In this document: positions 26,001-34,988 of the stretch, piece by piece
How positions within the stretch are numbered: position 1 is the stretch's first letter
Layout of the letters: each line of letters opens with the position of its first letter
Source: Octopus vulgaris
Taxonomy: Eukaryota
Assembly (NCBI GenBank): GCA_951406725.2
Contig: OX597833.1
Location: 61,070,001 to 61,134,000, forward strand
Length of the DNA stretch: 64,000 nt
Direction: 5' to 3'
The notes under the pieces: model-generated
What the model was told of the DNA's origin: nothing
The model's database searches: none
The model's input: the letters and a program-made list of their open reading frames with translations, nothing else
Position numbers and translations under genes: made by a program

Positions 26001-29000
26001 ATGGTACCTTGGGGTCTTCTCTTCTACTATAACCTCAGATAGGCTGAACCCTTCATAGTGGACTTCATAGATGAAGAATTTTGTGTCCCAATCGAGTCGT
26101 CTTGGGTTCAATCCCATTGCATGGTACTTTGTGCAAGCATCTTCTGAAATAGCCCCGGGCTAACTGAAACCTAGTGAGTGGATTTAGTTAGTAGATGGAA
26201 ATTAAGTGAAGCCTGTTGTATATGTGTGTTTGTGTATGCTTTTGATTAGACATCACCTCATGGCTGATAAATGGGCATTATCATCATACAAGCAAGGTTG
26301 TTTGTTTCTAATCTTTGTGGAAAGTATTTCTAGCAATGGCGGTGGTCGGAGGGTGGGGGACTCCCAACAGGTGAGGATTGGTGACAGAAAGCCTGCCTCA
26401 ACAAATTCTCTCTGACCTGTGCAACCATGGAAAGGTAGACATTGAAACCATGATGATAATGATAATAATTTTACTATCATCATCGTTCATCATCGTTTAA
26501 CGTCCATTTTCCATGCTAGCATGGGTTGGACGGTTCAACTGGGGTCTGGGAAGCCAGGAGGCTGCACCAGGCCCAGTCTGATCTGACAGTGTTTCTACAG
26601 CTGGATGCCCTTCCTAACGCCAACCACTCCGAGAGTGTAGTGGGTGCTTTTTATGTGCCACCTGCACAGGTGCCAGACGAGGCTGGCAACGGCCACAATC
26701 GGATGGTGCTTTTTACGTGCCACCGGCACGGAGGCCAGTCAGGGCGGGGCTGGCAACGGCCATGTTCGGACGGTTCTCTTACATGCCACCGGCACTGGTA
26801 TCTCAGCTACAATTTCCATTATCCTTTGAAATTATGATTTGCAAAAAAATTAAATTAAAAGATACATTTGGGTACCAGAAGGGTTGACCTCTCGTCATTA
26901 CTGTTGAATGATCCAAACATTTTTCCATGTTTTCTAAATAAATGCAAAGCACAGTTTTCACTTTGAAATTTCTTAATAAACTCTCTCTTCTCTTTTTTTT
27001 CTTCTGTGTTGCAGAACAAAGGCTTGAGCGCCACATTCTCAACGACCGATGCCAGAAGTTAAAGACTGACAATATTGATCTGAATCGGACAGCAGAGAAA
27101 CTTAGTAGGAAAGTTTCTGTAAGTATTCAAATGTTGTTCGGACATAACTTCTCGTGTTATTATATTGTTGTAATAACGGCAGCGAGCTGGCAGAATTGTT
27201 AGCACGCCGGGCGAAATGCTTAGCGGTATTGCGTCTGCCTCTACGTTCTGAGTTCAAATTCCGCCAAGGTTGACTTTGCCTTTCATCCTTTCGGGGGTCA
27301 ATTAAATAAGTACCAGTTACTAATCAACTTAGCTCTCCTTGAAAATTGCTGGCCTTGTGCCAAAATTTGAATCTATTATATTTCTTCAACTTATATCAAT
27401 GTTGTGTGAGTGTGGTTTGAAGACAATGTGAGAGAGAATGTGTTAGTCTGTAGACTCCCCCAAGTACATAACTAGAAAGGGCATTTCACCGTCCATCTAA
27501 ACAGACAAGATGGTCAGGGCTGGAATGTCATTGTTTATAGGTTTTCTTGGTGAGAGGGTGTGGCATCAAGCAACAGCAACCAGAAATGAGAAATGGGTAA
27601 AGAAACAGCTCAGTGTTTTACATGTGCTGGGTCATTACCATACAACTCCGTGTTCAAATCCTTCTGAAGTTATCTTTTTGTGAGACTGAGGAAAAAACTA
27701 CCTGTAATACTCTGGGGTTGATATAGCTTGGTGCGTCTCTGCCTACCCCCTTTCACTATCATATGTGCCAAGCTTAGCTATGTAGGACAGAAGATCCTGA
27801 TGGTAGGTCACAGTTGTACTGAGAGAAACAACTTTGTGGAACTTGGTATCTAAAATTGTTATTAGACTTAGCCATATTCAGAACAAAGAGGGCTAAATAT
27901 TGTTCCTTTTTAGATACGAGTCCCTCCTTCTAGATAAAATGCCGCTGCTATAGACAGTAGGAACCCTGTATAATGGCCAGTTTGCAATTCCGTCAGTTAT
28001 GATGATGAGAGTTCCAGTTGATCCCATCAAGTGGCTGAGTATTCCACAGACGTGCATATCCTTAATGTAGTTCTTAGGGAGATTTAGCGTGACACAGGGT
28101 GTGACGAGGTTGGCCCTTTGAAATATATGCACTACTCATTTCTGCCAGCTGAGTGGACTGGAGCAACGTGAATTGAAGTATCTTGCTCAAGGACACAACA
28201 CACTACCGGGAATTGAACTCATGAACCGATTACGCTAACCCTAACCACCCATAAGTAAAACTCACACAGCAAGATTGGAATTCAGTTACGTCTAGCAACT
28301 CAACATTACTTAGATTCTTGAGTTTGGCATCTTACCAGTGCTTCGGGAATACCAATGGCATTTTAGCTAAACTTATTATTACTATGGCAGTGAGCTGGCA
28401 GAATCATTAGCTTGTCAGCCAAAATGCTTAGCGACATTTCTTTCGGCCTTACATTCCGAGTTCAAATTCCACTGAGGTCAACTTTGCCTTTTGTCCTTTC
28501 AAGTCAATGAAATAAGCATCAGTCAAGCACTGGAGTGAATATAATTGACTCACTGCCTCCCTTATAAATTACAGCTCTTGAGCCAGAATTTGAAATTATT
28601 ATTATTATTATTGTGAGGACGCATGAACCTAGTGGTTAGTGTTGCACTCGTAATTGCAAGATTGTGGTTTCAGTTCCTAGGCCAGGTGGTGTGTTGTGTT
28701 CTTTAGCAAAACACTTCATCTCACATTGCTCTGCAATCACTTAACACTTAACACATGCTACACTGTGTACCTGTTCCGACGTCAGTTTGATGGAAGGAGC
28801 ACATACATTTGATCACTGTAAGCAAATCATTTGTTTAGGTCAATTGACAAAAAGCTAAAAACTCATGCATTGTCTTAGACGGGAGAGTTACAGAAAAGGA
28901 CATTTTCCCTATACTTTGGAGATGGCAGAGTAACCCAGTGTTTTTGCATGGGGCTTCCCCAGATTATCCCAAGTGGACTGCTCCGCTATTGAGGGATTCT

Positions 29001-29725
29001 ATTTATTTATTATTATTTATTTCTCTACTCTGTATCATATATCTTCTGTTATATCCTTTAATGTGGTTAGTGTCTCCCCTTGATTGATGTTAACCCCGCG
29101 TTTTTGTTTTTGTAATCTTTTTGTGCTGTAACTCGTCCTTTGATATTGTCCTCCATGTCTTGAGCCCTTGTGGCCAATAACAGAAATCATCATCATCATT
29201 ATTATTACAACATCAAAAAATCATATGGAAATTGTAGTTGTGATACCTGTGCCAGTGGCACATAAAAAGCACCATCAGAATGTGGCCGATGCCAGCGCTG
29301 CCTTGTATTGGCTTCCATGCTGGTGGCATGTAAAAAGCACCAACCAATCGTGGACGTTGCCAGCCTCGCCCGGCTCGTAAAATGCACCCACTGCACTCAC
29401 GGAGTGGTTGGCGTTAGGAAAGGCATCCAGCTGTAGAAACACTGCCAGATCAGACTGGAGCCTGGTGCAGCCATCTGGCTTCTCAGACCCCGGTCGAACC
29501 GTCCAACCCATGCCAGCATGGAAAACAGACATTAAACGATGATGATGATGATGATGATGATATTATAGTTTTAAAATCTCGTTTGTTTCACTTGATTGAT
29601 TTTTCTTTTTGTGTTTCGTTTTGCAGAATTTACTTGAAAGCAAGAACCATGATGATGAAGAACTTTGTCGGATACGAAACAGTGTTGATGCCCTGAGGCG
29701 CTATTGTCTGCAGTTACCAAGATGA
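5987..29725 (+). CDS. GSE1: GSE1-like coiled-coil protein (genetic suppressor element 1 family), 13 coding exons; 5' end uncertain
   Basis: Exons 5987-6180, 6307-6455, 7073-7264, 9239-9451, 10779-11044, 11874-12157, 13169-13988, 18056-18274, 19886-20041, 22458-22880, 24497-24724, 27015-27118, 29627-29725 have AG/GT boundaries and join in frame (3347 nt). Motifs recalled from GSE1: GFQPYRPEE, HPAF(S)RIDD, ER-rich tract, KRRHMFREGSLSP, KFAQEFHESVL, FKWPGIE..YQRYLEEQRLERHIL coiled coil. Confidence 0.9.
6307..6455 (+). CDS. GSE1: GSE1-like exon (NLERTH...QPSH)
   Basis: ttctag| ... AG|gttggt; phase 0 to 2. Confidence 0.8.
6564..6967 (+). mobile_element. Retrozyme-like unit (360-nt period, 44-nt terminal direct repeat, internal HHR)
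   Basis: Exact repeat 6564-6607 = 6924-6967; long hairpin 6663-6793 carrying the HHR; no credible protein. Confidence 0.6.
6704..6748 (+). ncRNA. Type-I hammerhead ribozyme (U3:A8 core variant)
   Basis: CAUGCG-UUGACAA-GAGG(CAAUUA)CCUC-GAAA-CUAUAG-UC^-CGUAUG; stems I, II and III all pair; predicted cut after C6742. Confidence 0.8.
7073..7264 (+). CDS. GSE1: GSE1-like exon (PRGFQPYRPEEE...HPAF)
   Basis: tttcag| ... AG|gtattg; conserved GFQPYRP motif. Confidence 0.9.
7790..8690 (-). pseudogene. Highly decayed mariner transposase relic
   Basis: Reverse strand reads EQHICVKFCFKYG (mariner N-terminus EQR.CIKFC) near 8625-8666 and GDES near 8010-8022. Confidence 0.55.
9239..9451 (+). CDS. GSE1: GSE1-like exon (RIDDPLVLERCRLMHP...)
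   Basis: ttccag| ... AG|gtcggt; phase 2 to 2. Confidence 0.88.
10779..11044 (+). CDS. GSE1: GSE1-like exon, ER-rich coiled coil
   Basis: gtttag| ... G|gttggt; EREKERERELERQ. Confidence 0.9.
11368..11589. mobile_element. piggyBac-type MITE family 1
   Basis: TTAA flanks, TIR ccctttc..acc / ggtaacgaaaggg; copies at 37644-37864 and 46224-46447. Confidence 0.85.
11874..12157 (+). CDS. GSE1: GSE1-like exon
   Basis: gtccag| ... AAG|gtaagc; phase 1 to 0. Confidence 0.85.
13169..13988 (+). CDS. GSE1: GSE1-like large exon (820 nt)
   Basis: ttgcag| ... G|gtaagc; LFRPY and PPLALDKSPSKMRYLKSMGLTT motifs. Confidence 0.92.
15115..15460. repeat. 22-bp minisatellite (ccctgcagatcagtcgtggtac)n
   Basis: About 15 units read directly; degenerate units extend to about 15000. 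Confidence 0.95.
18056..18274 (+). CDS. GSE1: GSE1-like exon (RKRRHMFREGSLSP)
   Basis: ttctag| ... G|gtacga. Confidence 0.9.
18617..18773. repeat. Near-perfect AT-rich palindrome (72-bp arms)
   Basis: attagagaagaaccacc...catataga / tctatatg...ggtggttcttctctaat, one mismatch seen. Confidence 0.9.
19570..19770 (-). mobile_element. CR1/L2-type LINE 3' fragment
   Basis: GAFSVRVADLWNKLPDEIVK..RFK, typical ORF2 C-terminus. Confidence 0.7.
19886..20041 (+). CDS. GSE1: GSE1-like exon with short polyQ
   Basis: ccacag| ... G|gtaaat; YEAIRQACEEEKARRLG...QPQQQQQQQQP (frame not in ORF track). Confidence 0.85.
21202..21430 (+). mobile_element. tRNA-derived SINE family A (representative copy)
   Basis: Head ggcgagctggcagaaacgttagc..gagttcaaattcc, body gcctttcatcctttcggggtcgat..agtaccag. 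Other copies (approx.): + 1277, 1537, 10010, 20432, 27177, 28385, 49357, 58680; - 12305-12538, 16330-16520, 23450-23650, 60150-60363, 61997-62226. Confidence 0.9.
22081..22383 (+). mobile_element. Non-autonomous Helitron-like element
   Basis: A|TCTCTCTATATATAT ... gccgggtcataatgCTAG|T; no TSD; related copy 36406-36661 (-). Confidence 0.75.
22458..22880 (+). CDS. GSE1: GSE1-like exon (polyS; KFAQEFHESVL)
   Basis: tttcag| ... G|gtaacg. Confidence 0.9.
23028..23421 (-). mobile_element. Non-autonomous Helitron-like element (second family)
   Basis: A|TCTCTCTCTATATAAAG ... hairpin cccgagcaacgccggg, CTAG|T. Confidence 0.8.
24497..24724 (+). CDS. GSE1: GSE1-like exon (FKWPGIE)
   Basis: tgccag| ... 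G|gtaaat. Confidence 0.92.
24905..25310 (-). mobile_element. CR1/L2-type LINE 3' fragment
   Basis: THGHVYKVRK..RKHFLTLRVAEAWNKL..FK; second copy about 55927-56176 (+). Confidence 0.75.
27015..27118 (+). CDS. GSE1: GSE1-like exon, C-terminal coiled coil
   Basis: ttgcag| ... |gtaagt; QRLERHILNDRCQKL. Confidence 0.92.
29627..29725 (+). CDS. GSE1: GSE1-like terminal coding exon
   Basis: ttgcag|NLLESKNHDDEELCRIRNSVDALRRYCLQLPR*. Confidence 0.9.
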   Translation, partial: NLLESKNHDDEELCRIRNSVDALRRYCLQLPR

Positions 29726-30850
29726 CATTAAAGTTCCTAGTTGTCTTCAGCTGAAGAATTAATATCATCCCTTTCAAACAAACAAACAAAAACAATTAAA
29801 CCCTAAAAATGAAAAAGAGACGCTCACTTCCTCGTTGCCTCGGCTACAATATCAATTTTGCCACTAAACCTCCTAGCAATATAAGTAACAACAGCAACAA
29901 ACACATCATGACATTGACTCCCTTTTATTGAAGGTCCTGCCAGGTTATCTCAGCAGCTGGAGATAAGATGTGTGCTGACCACGCAGCCTGGCTGGACACT
30001 CAAGACTTGTAATTTAAACTCTACTCTTTTGTTGGACTCTTGTATCTCAGCCTTTGACTCTCTCGAGTCCGGCTTTAACCACAACATGGTCAAACTTTGA
30101 TTTTACTCCCCCTGATGGGAATTAAGGACTATATCCATTCAAATTGGTGCCATCAACTCTTCTACCATTAAATTTCTCTTTAAATCTTTGCAGTCTTCAT
30201 TTTATTTATTTCTTTTTCTGAGCCTTTTTTTAAAATTTTTATTTTCTTTCTTCGTTATCCAATTCTACTGTTATTTCTCTTTCATCATTGTTAATTAGCA
30301 TTAATTTCTCATTACAAGACACATTGCCTTTTTACCTGGAATATCCGCTGGCCACGGTGAAGGCACATGGCTTAGTAGTTAGGGCATTTGGCTTATGATT
30401 GTAAGGTCATGAGTTCAATTCCCGGTGACGCATTGTGTCCTTGAGCAAGACACTTCATTTCACATTACTCCAGTTCACTCAGCTGGCAAAAGTGAGTTGT
30501 ACCTGTATATTAAAAAACCAACCTCGTTACACTCTGTGTCACACTGAATCTCCCTGTGAACTACATTAAAGGTATGCTAGTCTCTGGAGTACTCAGCCAC
30601 TTGCACATTGATTTCACAAGTAGGCTGTTCCAGTTGATGAGATCAACTGGAACCTTCATCATCGTAACTGATGGAGCATCAACCGGCCATGGACAAACTC
30701 TACAGAATTTACTCACCTGGGCTGATCTGTGGATAGAAGCTATGACATATACACAGTAAGACACCTGTTATTGTCATCGTCGATCACCTATTCTAATAGT
30801 TGTCCTAGGTACACGGGGACGGTCACAGGTTGTTCTTCATTCGTTTATTA

Positions 30851-31376
30851 CTGTTCTTATTCTAACTCATGTCCATTATTGGAAAATCTTTTGTCACACA
30901 CCTGTGACCTCCTCAGCAACGCTTATTCCATTCTGTTCTTCTAGACATAACAGAATGGAATAAGCAGAGCAAGAGCACATATGAAGACGGAAAGTGTTGC
31001 TGAGGAGGTCACAGGTGTGTACTTGTATTTGTGGCAACATTCATCCTGGGTGGGGTGAGTCGGCTTCTTCTACTCATGGTTGTGGGAATATGTGGATTTC
31101 ACAAGCGGTCCCCAACAAACCCACATGTGGAGACATCCTGTTTGCCGCAGATTGTCTGCAGACGCAGGGACAGAACAACCGAGGAGCCGCCGGTTGCCGA
31201 AGCAGACACTCCGAGGATTTTCACCAGAGCCCCGTCTGCCAGGTTGTGGCCTTACCAGGAACCAAATTTCCCGACAGCATAGCTCTGACACTACCCATTG
31301 CCAGCGTCCCCACCACAGTGAGGGGTGGATGGACAAAAGATTTCCAGACAATGGACAGGAGTTAGAATAAAAACAC
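30851..31376. mobile_element. TA-flanked TIR element with nested internal inverted repeats
   Basis: About 44-bp TIR 30852-30895 / 31332-31375; perfect inner IRs of 25 and 17 bp. Confidence 0.65.
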
Positions 31377-32348
31377 TAATATATGAGAGAAGAACCAATA
31401 TATATTTAGTGTGTGTGTGTGTTTATTTGGCAAAAACAAATTAAAAATAAGAGGAGGTCGAAGTAGAATGGCTGGTGGTGCCAGAGAAACCAAATTGATT
31501 AACAGAGACATTTGATTGATGGAGATTAATGTTTTTTAATGGGTGAACATTTGGTTGACAGAAATTAACATTTTAATGGGTTAACATTTGGTCGACAAAG
31601 ATTTAGACATTTGTTCATCAAATGTCCACCAACTAAAAGGTTCGTTTTATTTTTTTTAAATAAACGAACATCTGGAAACAGATTAATTTTTTTTCTTTTA
31701 GTGGGTGAGCATTTGATGATAAGAAGGAAATAATAATGATAATAGTAACGATGATAATAATAAAAATAATATTGACAATAATAATATATTAACAAGAAAA
31801 ACAACAACAAAATGTCAAACAAACCTCCAAGAATATCTGTCCATTTCCAATGTAACCACCAAATTAGAAACAGGAAGCCAACAATGGATTAAAATTCAAT
31901 TAATTTTGTGGTTTACAAAAGAAATATTTTTTTCAATAATTTTTAACATTTGGACATTACTTATTTTTTTGTATTTTTTTTTTAGTTTTTGTTCTTATAT
32001 ATATTTTTATATATTTTTTCAAACTTTATTTTTTATTAAAAATTTGTAAAATTTAAAGATTTTTATTTGTTGACCGAGTAAGTAAGAAAAAAAAAAAAAA
32101 ACAGGAAAGATAAACTCGTTAACAGACTCAGCACAAATTATTAAGAAAATATAAAAAAAAAAAAATTAAAATAATGAAAGATAATGGTGGGGCGGGGGGG
32201 GGGGAATACCAAGACACTGCCAAAAGAGGATTCCGTTTCAGCACCATTCCTCACCAAAAATACGTGTATGTGTGTGTGAGTGAAGTCAAAGTGTTTTGAT
32301 TAGAATCCAGTCCAGCAGCAAAAGAAGCAAAATGTTGTGGGATTGGTG

Positions 32349-32438
32349 TCAGGTGTAACTGGTGCCAAACCATTGGTTGACGGCATCTAAAGAGAGCGAC
32401 AGTTGTAGATTTGTCACATAGACTCTGCCATCTTCGCA
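32349..32438 (-). CDS. FBXO15: FBXO15-like terminal coding exon
   Basis: tttcag|CEDGRVYVTNLQLSLSLDAVNQWFGTSYT*. Confidence 0.9.
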   Translation of the reverse strand, partial: CEDGRVYVTNLQLSLSLDAVNQWFGTSYT

Positions 32439-34944
32439 CTGAAAGAAAGAAGGGGACATCTTTGTTAGCTGGACAGCCAGAAGTTGGGGTTTGAACATGG
32501 CATTCAATATAAAGGAAACTGCAACACACAGACAGAACCATACACACCGCAAACTCACGGGTGGGCAGCTGAAGACCCGGGCAACGACGATAAAGGAGGA
32601 CCTCTCTGAACTCTCAGGTCCGCAGGTGGTCGGTCTGTGCAGATGGAACCGCGAATGGCTCACTATCTCTAGTGACCTCGCACAGGAGCATCGAGCATAG
32701 GGGCCGCCATGGTTCGTGATGCTGTCAGGACCAGAGAAGAAACTGGCTCAGCCCACCCTGGGTGAACAACGTCACAAGTACAAGTAAGTACACATACACA
32801 CATTGCAGACATGCACCCACACACACATGCTGTTGAATTATAAATTTGACATGATCATAGGCGCAGGAGTGGCTGTGTGGAAAGTAGCTTGCTAACCAAC
32901 CACATGGTTCCGGGTTCAGTCCCACTACGTGGCACCTTGGACAAGCGTCTTCTACTATAGCCTCGGGCCGACCAAAGCCTTGTGAGTGGACTTGGTAGAT
33001 GGAAACTGAAAGAAGCCCATCATATATATGCATATATATATATATATGTGCGTGTGTGTCTGTGTTTGTCCCCCCCAATATCGCTTGACAACCGATGCTG
33101 GTGTGTTTATGTCCTAGCGGTTCGACAGTCAAATGACTGAAACAAGTAAAAGAGTAAATAGTTTTTAGTTTTGTTATGACCCATTTTCCAAGCTATAGCT
33201 CTCACAGTCACTTCCAAAGCATTTCGTTTCACTGAGCTCTGAAGTATATTTGTGTGTGTGAATGTTTTAAGCACTATTTATTTAAAGGGATTTTTTCCCC
33301 CCAGATGAAAAATGTAGCTTCTGGCTTTCAATGAAACACATGTCAAGTATGTCATAGAGATAAAAATTTTATTCTACAGCTGCTTTTGCATAACCACCTG
33401 ACTGGCCCTCGTGCCAGTGGCATGTAAAAGCACCCACTACACTCTCGGAGTGGTTGGTGTTAGGAAGGGCATCCAGCTGTAGAAACTCTGCCAGATCAGA
33501 CTGGAGTCTGGTGCCGTCATCTGGTTCGCCAGACCTCAGTCAAATCGTCCAACCCATGCTAGCATGGAAAACGGACGTTAAACGATGATGATGATGATAT
33601 ATATGTGAGAAGGGGCATCCAGCCATAGAAAGCATACCAAGGCAAACTTTAGAGCTGGTAAAAGTTTTCCAGCTCATCAAATTCCTGTTAAACCATCCAA
33701 CATATTACAATATAGAAGACAGATATTGAATGATAATTTTCCTGGTGTGTGTGTTTTTGTAAATAAATATGGAGCGAGTTCTTGAAAAGAGATATGTACT
33801 TACTTTGTTCATTTCCATGTAGAGTTGACCGCGATCGTCTTTATAAGAAATATACCGTGTGCATCCAGTGTCCAAATCAAAACTTGGGGCTGCAAGATGA
33901 GAATTAAAGCAACATCACTCTTACAGAACAAACCTAACAACATCAACTGCAACTCACTACACCAATATAGTTAATCTAACACTTCCTTTTCCTCTATTTT
34001 CATGTACCATTTACTTACATCAGCTTCTTTATATTGCACCCAAAAGCCACCTGCTGCAATCACTGACTTCATCCTTATAGTGTCTCATCCTTTTAATCCC
34101 CATCTCCATCTCCAAATGTCTCAGCACCACATCTCTATCTACATTATTTACATTCGACAAATATTTGTCATCTTGTTTGTTGTTAACACAACGTTTCGGC
34201 TGATATACCCTCCAGCCTTCTTCAGGTATCTTGGGGAAATTTCAAACCTGGGTTCTCATTCCTAAGGTATTTTTTGATGTTATTATTATTATTATTGTGG
34301 CATAGTGGTTAAGAGCGCGGGCTACTAACCCCAAGATTCCGAGTTCAATTCCAAGCAGTGACCTGAACACTAACAATAATAATAATAATAATAACATAAA
34401 AAATACCTTAGGAATGAGAACCCAGGTTCGAAATTTCCCCAAGACACCTGAAGAAGGTTGGAGGGTATATCAGCTGAAACGTGTTAACAACAAACAAGAT
34501 GAGGACAAATATCCATCAAACGTAAATAATGTACATAATTCCTCATCTCTTAAATATAGAACTCATCTCTATCTGTTTCTCACTCTCTTTGAAGGTCTAC
34601 AATCTGTAGAAACATGTCACAAATCATCCCAGCCACTCGACGCTGCCAACTATAGCACCCTATCATCCACATTTTCACCATCGCATAAGTGACAGAAACA
34701 ATCAAGACCACCAGATTCAAAATCTTCACCCACACACACACCACTCCACAGTCTAATTTCCGTATAGTTAGATCTTCTGGACACTTTACCATGACAACTA
34801 ATTTTAGCAGTGAAATCTTTTGGTCGTTTCAATGATGCGAAAGATCTTATAATTGATTGATTAATCCTTCACAATGAATTACAATCTTTAAGGAATGATA
34901 ATCATTAGAAAACTGACTTTAGCATCTTCTTTAATCTGATAACT

Positions 34945-34988
<44 letters not shown>

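Noticed and set aside
30994-31370. Protein-coding gene in overlapping GC-rich ORFs
   Set aside because: Open in several frames inside a TIR element, with no recognisable domain or splice signals.
34298-34360. tRNA gene
   Set aside because: A/B boxes present but no convincing acceptor stem; treated as a tRNA-derived head. The same applies to the SINE heads.
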